DNA of 64,000 bases, from the IMG/VR virus record IMGVR_UViG_3300046648_000213, positions 1 through 64,000 of that record. One strand, 5' to 3'. Shown here piece by piece: positions 29,499-38,460 of the stretch. Each line of letters opens with the position of its first letter. Position 1 is the first letter of the stretch. The stretch comes from a virus. The notes below the pieces were generated by a model, which did not search any database, was not told the DNA's origin, and saw only the letters and a list, made by a program, of their open reading frames with translations. The position numbers were made by a program, and so were the translations under genes.

Positions 29499-30461
29499 TT
29501 AGGACACTGCGCCGATGCGATCGATGATGATCGTGTGGCCGCTGGTCGGATCGAGCAGCGCCTGGTAGGGCAGGGACACCATCACGTCCTGATCCAGCGC
29601 GCCGGCGTTGATCTTGCCGTCCGAGTACTTCATCTTCGGCAAGGTGAACGTGTAGCCGTTGCCTGCGCCGTCGAGGGCCTTGAACGACAGGCTCGTCGAG
29701 GTGTTGTTCAGGAACTTGTCGTACAGCGCGCCGTCAGCGAAGTACACCTCGAGCGTGCCGGTCACCTTCAGCGTGCCCGACGCGACGCCGGCCGTGCCGA
29801 ACACGCCGACCGCATCCTGCGCGCGCACCGCGTTGTCGAGGTCCAGCTTGAGCGACTTCACGAACGTGTTCGCGAGCGCAACGCCGCCTTCGAGGATCGT
29901 GCCGACACCCTTCACGCAGTTCATCGTGTCGTTGGTGTGCGAAGCCGTCAACGTGCCCGGAAGCGTCGTCGCGGTTGTGCGCACCGAATCCTTGCCGGTG
30001 AACTCGAAAGAGCCAGTCAGGATCGACCCGGACTTCAGGTCGAGCGACATCTTCGAGGCGACCATGCCGCGGTACGCGAATACCTGGTTGACGTCGGAGA
30101 ACGCCTTCTCGAGCGTGAACGAGCGCTGCGTCGTGCCATTCACGAGGCGGCCGGACGTCTGCACAGGATTGTTCGTCGTATCCCACGTGCCTTGGAGCGC
30201 CGCCTGCATGAGCGCGTCGTACTCGAGGAACGAGAGCTCGAAGTTGAAGCCGCCGGATGCGTCGGCGCCAACCTGAATCAGATCGGTGATCTGGCGGTCG
30301 GGGCGGATTTCCTTGCTGCTTTCGGTCTTGAGCTTGAATGCGAGAGACTCGCCCGTGAAGCGCAGCGCGCTGCCGTTGCCGGCGATCGGGGTCTGACCGA
30401 AGACCGTTTCCTGAATGTAGCTCAGCTGTGCGCGTGAGCTCGTGGAAAGCAGATTACTCAT
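29499..30461 (-). CDS. Major tail tube protein
   Basis: YIQETVFGQTP...LRFTGESL...SKEIRPDRQI; VTGTLEVYF. Confidence 0.88.
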   Translation of the reverse strand: MSNLLSTSSRAQLSYIQETVFGQTPIAGNGSALRFTGESLAFKLKTESSKEIRPDRQITDLIQVGADASGGFNFELSFLEYDALMQAALQGTWDTTNNPVQTSGRLVNGTTQRSFTLEKAFSDVNQVFAYRGMVASKMSLDLKSGSILTGSFEFTGKDSVRTTATTLPGTLTASHTNDTMNCVKGVGTILEGGVALANTFVKSLKLDLDNAVRAQDAVGVFGTAGVASGTLKVTGTLEVYFADGALYDKFLNNTSTSLSFKALDGAGNGYTFTLPKMKYSDGKINAGALDQDVMVSLPYQALLDPTSGHTIIIDRIGAVS

Positions 30462-30522
30462 GGGGGCTGTCTCCCTCTTATTGTTATCGATGTGCTTCTA
30501 TTTTGCGCCGAATCTACTACAT

Positions 30523-30933
30523 TCAGCCTCTGTCGTCAAAGTAAAACCTGAGCATCAGAGGCTGCTTGTACCAACCCGGTCCCGGCACGGGAGACAAGGG
30601 TTGTCCCTGCTGGAACGTGATGCCGCCGAGCATCGCGCCGCGCAGCAGGCGGTCGACGAAAGTCAGCATCTCGTTCCCTTGTTTAGTTCCCGCGCCGACC
30701 TTCGTGAACGCCTCGCAGTGCAGGTATCCGTGATACCGCCACGTCGGGCTCGCGTTCATGTCGACCTGATGCGAGTCGTGGTACTTGATGAATACGTTCA
30801 TGAACGGATTCGGCTCGGTCGCGAGATCGACGTTGCCGACGTTCTCGAACTGGAGCTTGAACTCCGGGAATTGCGCAGTCCAGGCGGTCTGCAGTGCCGC
30901 GGCGATCGCGCGGCGCGCGTCATCGAATGTCAT
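30523..30933 (-). CDS. Tail terminator
   Basis: Synteny; FEN and GAGT motifs. Confidence 0.7.
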   Translation of the reverse strand: MTFDDARRAIAAALQTAWTAQFPEFKLQFENVGNVDLATEPNPFMNVFIKYHDSHQVDMNASPTWRYHGYLHCEAFTKVGAGTKQGNEMLTFVDRLLRGAMLGGITFQQGQPLSPVPGPGWYKQPLMLRFYFDDRG

Positions 30934-30934
30934 C

Positions 30935-31489
30935 TCACACCCCTGCCGGCAACTCGAAGTCGCCGAACGTCATGCGTGCCCGCTGCAGCCGGCTCGCGTA
31001 GTTGCTGTCGATCTGCACGTCGCCGTACAGGTTCGCAGCGCGCTCGAGCATATGCCCCGGAAGGTTAACTGGACGCAGGAATCCGTCCGGACTGCTCTCG
31101 ATGCGCGCAACATAATCGTCGGTGAGCGCGTTGACGATGTACACCGCCGGCAGGCTCAGCCCATCATCGAACTTCACTTCGTCCGGCTTGCTGCTGTTCT
31201 GCCCTGCCGCGTAGTCAATCGCCTCTGCCTCACCCTTGTGCAGCGGATCGACGCCCTTGTCTCGCGCGCGTGTGACAAGTGTCGGGTCACCGCCGCCTAC
31301 CTCCGGCGAGCCGACGCTGTACTTCCAGTTCATGACGACCGTGCCCTGATACTGCGGCGTCTCGAGCGCGACGAAACCGAACACCTTGATCGTGTAGCCG
31401 CGGAAAACGGCTTCGACCTCATGCAGGGTTTCTTCAAACCATGCGTTGAGGCCGTTGGAAAACTCGATCGGGTTCGTGATCCGGATCAT
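30935..31489 (-). CDS. Tail completion/neck protein
   Basis: ETPQYQG...NWKYSVGSP; VYIVN; synteny. Confidence 0.65.
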   Translation of the reverse strand: MIRITNPIEFSNGLNAWFEETLHEVEAVFRGYTIKVFGFVALETPQYQGTVVMNWKYSVGSPEVGGGDPTLVTRARDKGVDPLHKGEAEAIDYAAGQNSSKPDEVKFDDGLSLPAVYIVNALTDDYVARIESSPDGFLRPVNLPGHMLERAANLYGDVQIDSNYASRLQRARMTFGDFELPAGV

Positions 31490-32331
31490 GCACGCCGCGC
31501 ATGCAGCAGCCAGCACTCGTCGGCGCTTGTGAAGTCGAGCACGCGCCACGCCGCGCCGTCGATGGTGACGTTCTCGTTCTGGACAGGCTGAGCCATATCG
31601 AGCTTTCGAACCATCACGGCAAGGTCCCCGCGCGAGTAGCTGTCGGAGTCCGCGTTGCGGTACTGGTAATTGTTCTGGAAGCGCATGACGACGGCCGGCA
31701 TCTGCACGCTCGACCCCGGCGACATGACGTCGTTCACGGCATCGTACGCGCCCTTCGTCGCGTAGCCGATCGTCTTCACGCCGTAGCCGGCGTCCATCTC
31801 GATCCCTTCGACAGCGAGGAAGCCGGCGGCGGACCAGTAGCGGTTGTTCGTGTAGTAGAGGATGCCGTTGAGCGTGACGAACATACCGGCCACGACAGTC
31901 TCATGCTCCGGGAAGTAGAGCGTTGCCTGACTCCATTGATTCGAGTCGGTCGTCGCGTCCTTCAGGTCCTTCACCCACACGAGGCCGCTGTAGGCCGACG
32001 TGCCGCCGCTTCCGGACAGCAGCTGCGCGGTGGTTTGCGCCAACGCGAGGCCGTCCGCCCGCTGCACCGGATACTTGTGTCGGATCGGCACGTTGCGGAA
32101 GTCATCCACATTGCACCGCCCGAGTATCCAGTGCTCCCCATTTGCCGTGAGCACGCCGCGCGCCGGCATGACGACCTCCGGGGAAAACGAGAACACGCGC
32201 CGCGTGTTCATCAGACCATCGCGCTTCGAGTCGTCGTAAACGTCCATCTGGCCGTAGATCGGCTTTCCGGGCGTGTACGCGTCGAGGAAGACGGTCGAGT
32301 CGAAGTGCGAAGCGGCGCGTGAGAGTTTCAT
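31486..32331 (-). CDS. Head closure/head-tail adaptor
   Basis: Synteny; C-terminal VTIDGAAWRV. Confidence 0.6.
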   Translation of the reverse strand: MKLSRAASHFDSTVFLDAYTPGKPIYGQMDVYDDSKRDGLMNTRRVFSFSPEVVMPARGVLTANGEHWILGRCNVDDFRNVPIRHKYPVQRADGLALAQTTAQLLSGSGGTSAYSGLVWVKDLKDATTDSNQWSQATLYFPEHETVVAGMFVTLNGILYYTNNRYWSAAGFLAVEGIEMDAGYGVKTIGYATKGAYDAVNDVMSPGSSVQMPAVVMRFQNNYQYRNADSDSYSRGDLAVMVRKLDMAQPVQNENVTIDGAAWRVLDFTSADECWLLHARRA

Positions 32332-32819
32332 CAGCCGGTCACCGGGTCATAGGTGGGAACACCGCCGGCAACGTACGTCTGGATCGCGTGGCGGGTCACG
32401 GTCTTACCGTTGAACTCGGTCACTGCGTCCTGAACGAGCACCTTCAGGCGGTTGTATTCGTCCATCAGCACCTGCATCGTCAGCGTGAACGGAGCAGCGG
32501 CGTCGCGAGCGACGGAGGCTTTGCCGTCCGCGATCTGCTTCGGAGCGCCGAGCGGCAGCGTGCTGCGCAGCTGCATGCCGACCACAAACGGCACCCACAA
32601 CCGGACCGCTTCGAACAGGTTCTGCTCCGCATCGATGCGCTCCTCTTCGGCTTTCTCGGCAATGTACATGTACGCGACCAGCGCACTCTGCGCGCGGAGC
32701 TCTGCCTTCACGGAGAACAGCAGGTACTCCGCGCCGAGCGCGTTGTCCTCGAGCTCGTCGTCATCCATGCCAAGGGCAAGTCGGATCGAGTCGTAGCTCG
32801 TCAGGTCCGAGAGTTGCAT
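32331..32819 (-). CDS. Head-tail connector
   Basis: TSYDSIRLALG; ends YDPVTG; synteny. Confidence 0.6.
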   Translation of the reverse strand: MQLSDLTSYDSIRLALGMDDDELEDNALGAEYLLFSVKAELRAQSALVAYMYIAEKAEEERIDAEQNLFEAVRLWVPFVVGMQLRSTLPLGAPKQIADGKASVARDAAAPFTLTMQVLMDEYNRLKVLVQDAVTEFNGKTVTRHAIQTYVAGGVPTYDPVTG

Positions 32820-32828
32820 GCCGGCTCC

Positions 32829-33173
32829 TTACGCGAGGGCCAGAATGCGATGGTCAAGCTGGTGCACGAGCCACTCGTCGGCGACGACGGTTTCGGGCGT
32901 GCCGGCGCGGAACCAGTGGCCTTGTCCATTGTTCGCGAACGGGTTGCGCAGGTCGCCGTAGTTCGACTTGACCGTCACCTCGTCGCCGACCGACACGCCG
33001 TGCTTCGAGCGCGCGGCCACGAGCGACGCAGCGTTTGCTGCGCGCGCGGCGTCGACGCTTTTCTCGATCGCGTCCGGCGCCGGTGCGCCCGGTGCGCCAG
33101 CGCCCGGTGCGCTCGCAGCTTCGACTTCGCCGATGTTCTCGGGCGCTTCTTGCGCCGCAGTGGTCTTTGCCAT
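32829..33173 (-). CDS. Hypothetical protein (post-capsid)
   Basis: ORF with AAGG RBS and a disordered N-terminus. Confidence 0.6.
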   Translation of the reverse strand: MAKTTAAQEAPENIGEVEAASAPGAGAPGAPAPDAIEKSVDAARAANAASLVAARSKHGVSVGDEVTVKSNYGDLRNPFANNGQGHWFRAGTPETVVADEWLVHQLDHRILALA

Positions 33174-33232
33174 CTTCAATCCTTGTCTGGTAGTTCAACG
33201 AACAGAGAGCAGGACGCGCCTGCTCTCGGGGC

Positions 33233-33325
33233 TCAGCGCACGGGCGGCTTGAGCGGGGGCTTCGGTGCCGGGGACTGCTGCACTGGATGACGCCAGGGCG
33301 AGTTCGGCAAGGGCTTCTCGGTCAT
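33233..33325 (-). CDS. 30-aa Pro-rich peptide MTEKPLPNSPWRHPVQQSPAPKPPLKPPVR
   Basis: GGAGG RBS; below the ORF-track cutoff. Confidence 0.55.
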   Translation of the reverse strand: MTEKPLPNSPWRHPVQQSPAPKPPLKPPVR

Positions 33326-33338
33326 CGCGACCTCCGGT

Positions 33339-33446
33339 TTAGATTCCGGGTGTCGGACTCGTATTCGGGCCGAGCGGCTTCGCCGGCTTAGCCGGCGGCA
33401 TCTGCTTGACCGGGATACGGTTCGGCGCGGCGGGGTTGCTTGCCAT
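33339..33446 (-). CDS. 35-aa Pro-rich peptide MASNPAAPNRIPVKQMPPAKPAKPLGPNTSPTPGI
   Basis: GAGGAG RBS; below the ORF-track cutoff. Confidence 0.55.
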   Translation of the reverse strand: MASNPAAPNRIPVKQMPPAKPAKPLGPNTSPTPGI

Positions 33447-33470
33447 GTCGTTCTCCTCGGGAGTTTCAGC

Positions 33471-33496
33471 GAAAGAAGGGGCCATCGGCCCCTTCA
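33471..33496 (-). terminator. Hairpin terminator after the major capsid gene
   Basis: GAAGGGGCC-GAT-GGCCCCTTC-TTT on the minus strand. Confidence 0.6.
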
Positions 33497-33505
33497 CTCA
33501 GGTGC

Positions 33506-34693
33506 TTACTGGAGCACCAGCACGTCGAACGCGTCGTCGAACATGCGGTAGGCGACTTCGCCGAAGTCCCAGCGCAGCGCTTCCGACTTGCTCATCACGT
33601 ACTGCTCGACCGCGCTGTACGAAGCCTGCGCGTTGCGCACGCGGCGGATCGCGTAGCGGCTGTCGATGCCCATGATCGTGCCCGTGGGGATCACGCCGTC
33701 TTCCAGCAGGAAGATGTTGACGTTCTGCCACTGCGGGTTCTGAACGTGCGGCAGCGGGTTGATACGCGGCGAGTTCGGATCGTCCTGAACGATCACCGGG
33801 CGGCCGGTGCGGTTCTCGATCGCGAGCGCGGTCTTCAGGTCGCAGAAGACCCAATCGATGTGGCGCTTGCGGAAGTTGCGGCGCAGCCAGCTGACCCACG
33901 CGAGTTGCGTGAGGTTGCCTGCCGTCGTGATCGACGAGTCGAAGTCCGAAGCCTTCGAGGTGGACAGAGCAGCGGAGCCCATGTCGATGTCGCCGTTCAG
34001 GAACGACTGGATGTAGCCGTCGACGAGGTATGCCTGCTGGAATTCAGCCTGGCGGCTCATCGCCATCGCCACGAGGTCGAGCGTCGTCGCCTTCATGGCT
34101 TCGAACGACACCTGCAGACCGAGCGAGAACGTCGGAATCTTGCGCGCGACGTCGCTGATCTTGATGCCGATCATCGATGCCGGCTCGGACAGCTGAGCGA
34201 TCGGCTGCGCGACCGTGCCGTTCACGTTCGAGTAGTCGAGCAGCGGCTGTTCGAAGCGGTTGCTGTTGATCGAGTCGTCGACCGCGACAAGCTGGTTGAA
34301 CAGGCCGACGTACGACGAGTAGTCGTTGTGCAGCGCGCTGTCGATCGCTTCGAGGAACACGGCCGGGAAGATGATCCGCGAGGCCGGTTGCGCTTCTTGC
34401 ACGATCACGCCAGCTTGCTTGCCTTCGAGGGCGTTGAAGTTGAGCTCGGCACCGCCGTTCACGATGTCGTGCATCGTCGGCGGCTTGATGCCGGCCGAGC
34501 GATTGGCCTTGAAGAACAGGCCGCACGATGCCATGAACTGTTCGAAGGCCGTACCATCGCGATCCGCGTTGGTCTGGTACTTCGCGTTCAGGTACTGAGG
34601 CACGGTCATGTTGCGTGCTTCAGCTTCCTTGTAAATCGTCACGTCCAGCTTGACGTCCTGACGTGCGCCTTGTGCATCGATAAAGACCGGCAT
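33506..34693 (-). CDS. Major capsid protein
   Basis: About 395 aa, strong AAGGAG RBS, highly biased codons, follows protease and decoration genes. Confidence 0.85.
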   Translation of the reverse strand: MPVFIDAQGARQDVKLDVTIYKEAEARNMTVPQYLNAKYQTNADRDGTAFEQFMASCGLFFKANRSAGIKPPTMHDIVNGGAELNFNALEGKQAGVIVQEAQPASRIIFPAVFLEAIDSALHNDYSSYVGLFNQLVAVDDSINSNRFEQPLLDYSNVNGTVAQPIAQLSEPASMIGIKISDVARKIPTFSLGLQVSFEAMKATTLDLVAMAMSRQAEFQQAYLVDGYIQSFLNGDIDMGSAALSTSKASDFDSSITTAGNLTQLAWVSWLRRNFRKRHIDWVFCDLKTALAIENRTGRPVIVQDDPNSPRINPLPHVQNPQWQNVNIFLLEDGVIPTGTIMGIDSRYAIRRVRNAQASYSAVEQYVMSKSEALRWDFGEVAYRMFDDAFDVLVLQ

Positions 34694-34766
34694 ATCCGCT
34701 CCTTGGTTTTTGTTGTTGTGCTTCACGGTCCCTTTCGGGACCGTTGTCAGAGCTCGGTGCTGCTGC

Positions 34767-35216
34767 TTACCAGATGAATTCGATCAGCGCCTGCGCGCCG
34801 TCGATCGAACCACCGGAGATCGTGCGCCACGGACGGATGCCGGGCGCGGTCGGCGTGGCCGACGCCTTGACCTTCGGAGTTCCGGTGAGCTTCGTGCCGC
34901 GCGCGACCGGCGTGCCGGCCACGACGAAGTTGCCGAAAGCAACCGGGCCTTCCAGCGTCACTTTGACGCGAATGTCTTCCTTCGCCACGGTGCCGAAGCT
35001 GTAGCCGTCGATCGTCGCCGGCTCGACTGCGGTCAGCACGCCTTCGATCGGGTCGCCTTCGGCGCACAGGCCGTAGGTGTCCGGAGCGACAAGTTTGACG
35101 AACTTGCCGACGTCAGCGTCCGTCAGGCCGCCGCCGTTCGCCACGGTGTCCGTGCCGAGCTTGGCCGAGAAGGTGCTGTCGACCGGAACGGTCGGTTGGA
35201 ACGTGAACTTTGCCAT
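34767..35216 (-). CDS. Head decoration/cement protein
   Basis: DVGKFVKL...LCAEGDPIEG; lies between protease and capsid. Confidence 0.7.
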   Translation of the reverse strand: MAKFTFQPTVPVDSTFSAKLGTDTVANGGGLTDADVGKFVKLVAPDTYGLCAEGDPIEGVLTAVEPATIDGYSFGTVAKEDIRVKVTLEGPVAFGNFVVAGTPVARGTKLTGTPKVKASATPTAPGIRPWRTISGGSIDGAQALIEFIW

Positions 35217-35222
35217 GCTGGA

Positions 35223-35804
35223 TTACCCCTTTTTCTGGTTGAAACGAGTGGCCGCGACTGCTGCACGACGCACGTCCGAGGCAACAGCAGGAGCTTCCGC
35301 TTCGGCAGGCTTCGTGACTTCTGCTGCGACGCCGCCGACCTTGAACTTCTCGACGAACTCGCCGCTCAGGCGCTTGTGCTCGCCGACCAGTGCGACGCCG
35401 CTCATGGCCGACAGGTCACGCTTCGAGCCGCCGAGCGCGACGTGCATGTTGTGCACGGCGCCGCGCGCGATCTCTTCGAGAGCGGCATGCGTATCAGCTT
35501 GAGCGGTCAGTTGCGCGCGGGCTGCGGCCAGTTCGACGGCGCCTTCGGCGACCTTCGCGTTCGCAGCCTGGAGTTCGCCGCGCAGGAACGCGACGATTTC
35601 CGAGTCGCCTTGCGTGGCGACTGCGGGAGCAGCGGCGGCGGCGGCAGCGGCGGGCGCGGCGGCGGCAGCGGCTGCTGCGACGGCTGCGGGATCGGGGGTT
35701 TCGGTGGTTGCGGCAGGGGTTTCAGCGACCGCGCCAGCAGCTGCTGCTGCGGCACCGCCCGCGGCGAGCGCCGCGATTTCCTGTTCCGTCAGGGTCTTTT
35801 TCAC
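35223..35804 (-). CDS. Nested scaffolding protein (internal GTG start, Nu3-like)
   Basis: In-frame GTG with AAGGAGG RBS; TTGACA-17-AACAAT at 35860-35832. Confidence 0.65.
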   Translation of the reverse strand: MKKTLTEQEIAALAAGGAAAAAAGAVAETPAATTETPDPAAVAAAAAAAAPAAAAAAAAPAVATQGDSEIVAFLRGELQAANAKVAEGAVELAAARAQLTAQADTHAALEEIARGAVHNMHVALGGSKRDLSAMSGVALVGEHKRLSGEFVEKFKVGGVAAEVTKPAEAEAPAVASDVRRAAVAATRFNQKKG

Positions 35805-36695
35805 ATGCCCCTCCTTATTATTATGGGCCGAATTGTTGAACTGAAAGGGAGAATTGTCAACGCCTTTTTGCTGCATTTGCGCAAGAACTTCGTCGAAAGT
35901 AGCGACTCCATCGACAAGTCCTACTCCAACTGCGGCCTCGCCGACAAATTCTCGCCCCTGAGCCATCGTGCTGTCCGCTTTCGCGTACGTCACGCCGCGC
36001 GCGTCGGCGACGTGCTGCACGAAGACGCTGTACACCGCGTCGAGGCCGGCCTGCCACTGCGTGCGCGCCTCGTCGGTGAATGCTTCCATCGGATGCCCGA
36101 GCGCCTTGTACTTGCCGGCGCGCATCACCGTCGCCTTGACGCCCATCTGCTCCATCATGCCGGTGCGCTCGGTGTGCACGTTGATGACGCCGACCGAGCC
36201 GACGTCCGCCGTGTCGCTCGCGTAGATTTTGCTGGCCGAGCTTCCGAGCCAGTACGCCGCCGACGCCATCACGCCGTCCGCGTACGCGATGATCGGCTTG
36301 TGCTTGCCGACCATCTGGATGAGCTTCGCCGTATCGCTCACGCCCGACACTGCGCCGCCGCCCGAGCTCACGTCGAGCAGGATCGACTTGATGCTCGAGT
36401 CCTTCGCGGCTTCCACCAGCGCGGAGCGAATCTCCGGATAGCCCGTCGTGCCCATGTACGAGTTCATCCAGCTACGGTCGCTGTTCGTGAGCGGGCCGCG
36501 GATCGAGATCACGCCGACGCTGCCTTGCTTCGAGAGCAGGCGGCTGCTCGGGTCTTCGTCGTCGTAGCTGTAGCCGAGCTTCTCGGCAAGTTGCACCTGC
36601 TCGGCCGCGCTCATGCGCGCGACGCGCTCGTATGCTTCCTGCACGGCGATCAGCGCCGCCTCGCGGCCTGCCCAATGCTGTTCGTCAAAAATCAT
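35223..36695 (-). CDS. S49 prohead protease with C-terminal scaffold
   Basis: LLDVSSGGG, MASAAYWLGS, VGSVGV, RAGKYKA. Confidence 0.92.
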   Translation of the reverse strand: MIFDEQHWAGREAALIAVQEAYERVARMSAAEQVQLAEKLGYSYDDEDPSSRLLSKQGSVGVISIRGPLTNSDRSWMNSYMGTTGYPEIRSALVEAAKDSSIKSILLDVSSGGGAVSGVSDTAKLIQMVGKHKPIIAYADGVMASAAYWLGSSASKIYASDTADVGSVGVINVHTERTGMMEQMGVKATVMRAGKYKALGHPMEAFTDEARTQWQAGLDAVYSVFVQHVADARGVTYAKADSTMAQGREFVGEAAVGVGLVDGVATFDEVLAQMQQKGVDNSPFQFNNSAHNNKEGHVKKTLTEQEIAALAAGGAAAAAAGAVAETPAATTETPDPAAVAAAAAAAAPAAAAAAAAPAVATQGDSEIVAFLRGELQAANAKVAEGAVELAAARAQLTAQADTHAALEEIARGAVHNMHVALGGSKRDLSAMSGVALVGEHKRLSGEFVEKFKVGGVAAEVTKPAEAEAPAVASDVRRAAVAATRFNQKKG

Positions 36696-36704
36696 GGTGT
36701 CTCC

Positions 36705-38402
36705 TCACTTATTTTTCGGGTCGTTCTTCGGCGATCCCTTCGGCGCCTGCGGAGCCTTCGATTTGCCGCTCGAGTTGTTCGTCTGCTCCTGAACACCGCC
36801 ATTGGCAGCCGACCCGTTGTACGGGTTGCCGCCGCCCGGTGCGTCCATGCCGCCCTGCGCCATCGTCTGCGAGCGGAATCCGGTGCCCGACAGCGGCTTC
36901 ATGCCTGACGGCGGCAGCGCGCCGGTGAGCTCGATCGACGCTTCCTCGTCGGTCAGCATGCCGAGACTCAGGAGCTCGAGCACGCGCGACTGCTTCATCG
37001 AGCGGAAGGACTCGAGCTCGAGCTTCGGCCGCAGGTCGATCGACGCGAACTTGAACTCGACATAGACGTCCTGGCCGAACAGGCGCACGGCCAGCGTCAG
37101 GATGCGCGACAGGATCGCGTTGACCTTGTTCTGCACGGCCATCGCGTTCTTCATGAACATCATCGTCTCGGACGATGCGATGTTCTGCGAGCCCTGTCCG
37201 TGTCCAAGAATCGAGGGCAAGGTCTTCGCGCCGGTCGCCATCTTCGCGTCGAAGATGTCGTTGAGCACCTTCCACTCGGCGTCGAGGTTGGTGTTGCCGC
37301 CGGTGAGGTAGTCGATCTCGACCGTATCGAAGCCGACGATCGCGTCCTCGGGGTTCAGGCCGTTCACCATGTCCTCGATCTGCGACACAGTGTCGGAGAC
37401 GTACTGCTTGAACTTGTCCTGATCGTGGAGGATGTCCGGCGGCACCGACAGCTTGAACTTCTCCTGATCGATCGACGCGTGCAGGCGCGGGTGAATCGCG
37501 CGCTTGATGACGCGCCACAAGTCGTTCTGGAATTCGCTCGAGGCAAGCACCGACTGGACAGCGGATTCGATGGGGCTCGAGGGGTAGGGCTGCGTCAGGT
37601 CCTGATCCAGCGACTCGTAGAAGAACGTCGGGATGTTCAGGTCGATCCGCTGGCCGACGATGTACTGCTGCGGCTGCAGCGATACGTTGTCCGGCTCCTG
37701 AATGAACTTCAACTCGGGCACGTTCAGCGGCACGATGTTCGCCGGCAGGCGCGTCTTGTCGAGCACGAGCTCGGCGGAGCACGCGCCATACAGCACGACT
37801 TCCTTAGCAAGCTGCTCGGAAATCGCCATGATCGAATTCGTGTTCGAGAATCCGGCGCTGTAGTCGGGAACGTAGTTGAAGCGCGCGAGAATCTGCGCGA
37901 GAAGGCCCATCGCTTCGGTGTTGACCGTCCCATCGGCGCGGTTGCGCACGACGGCCGTCCATTCGTCGGTGATCGCCGTGTGGATCATCGCGAAGACAGC
38001 AGCAGACAAGTCCGGCGATGCCGCCGCGAGGTCGCGAATGACCTGCCAAGTGGCGACGCCGCCCCGGAACGTGGTGATGTCGGTCTGATAGAGCCGACGA
38101 TCGGTCTGAGGGAGCCAGTTTCCAGTCGGTTTGGCCGTGCGGACATAGGACGGCAGCGACGTTTGACCGGGCTTCGCCTTCAGCGGCTTCTGCTGAGTGA
38201 ATCCCGCCTCATTCGTAACGCTCCCGCCCGTGCTCCCGCCCGGTTTAGCTGCCGCCTTCCGTTCGGCCCGCCCTTCGCGTGTGGAAGCACCGCTTCCAAT
38301 GAGGGCTTTAACTGGCACCGGCGCGCGTTCTGCGTCTACTTCGGTGCCTCGGCCGAACAGGGACGACAACCTGGCCTTTATTTTTGTTGTTATTTCGGCC
38401 AT
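36705..38402 (-). CDS. Portal protein
   Basis: 565 aa directly after terminase; SPDLSAAV; LPSILG. Confidence 0.85.
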   Translation of the reverse strand: MAEITTKIKARLSSLFGRGTEVDAERAPVPVKALIGSGASTREGRAERKAAAKPGGSTGGSVTNEAGFTQQKPLKAKPGQTSLPSYVRTAKPTGNWLPQTDRRLYQTDITTFRGGVATWQVIRDLAAASPDLSAAVFAMIHTAITDEWTAVVRNRADGTVNTEAMGLLAQILARFNYVPDYSAGFSNTNSIMAISEQLAKEVVLYGACSAELVLDKTRLPANIVPLNVPELKFIQEPDNVSLQPQQYIVGQRIDLNIPTFFYESLDQDLTQPYPSSPIESAVQSVLASSEFQNDLWRVIKRAIHPRLHASIDQEKFKLSVPPDILHDQDKFKQYVSDTVSQIEDMVNGLNPEDAIVGFDTVEIDYLTGGNTNLDAEWKVLNDIFDAKMATGAKTLPSILGHGQGSQNIASSETMMFMKNAMAVQNKVNAILSRILTLAVRLFGQDVYVEFKFASIDLRPKLELESFRSMKQSRVLELLSLGMLTDEEASIELTGALPPSGMKPLSGTGFRSQTMAQGGMDAPGGGNPYNGSAANGGVQEQTNNSSGKSKAPQAPKGSPKNDPKNK

Positions 38403-38424
38403 GCAACTCCCCTTTGCGTGTGCA

Positions 38425-38453
38425 AGAGTACAGAAAACTCGGCACGTTTACAA
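38425..38453 (-). promoter_or_regulatory. Sigma70-type promoter for portal
   Basis: TTGTAA-17-TACTCT. Confidence 0.45.
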
Positions 38454-38460
38454 GTAACTT

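Noticed and set aside
17836-36908. Long opposite-strand ORFs (e.g. 17836-19599, 26427-28082, 34710-36908)
   Set aside because: Shadow frames of high-GC3 genes
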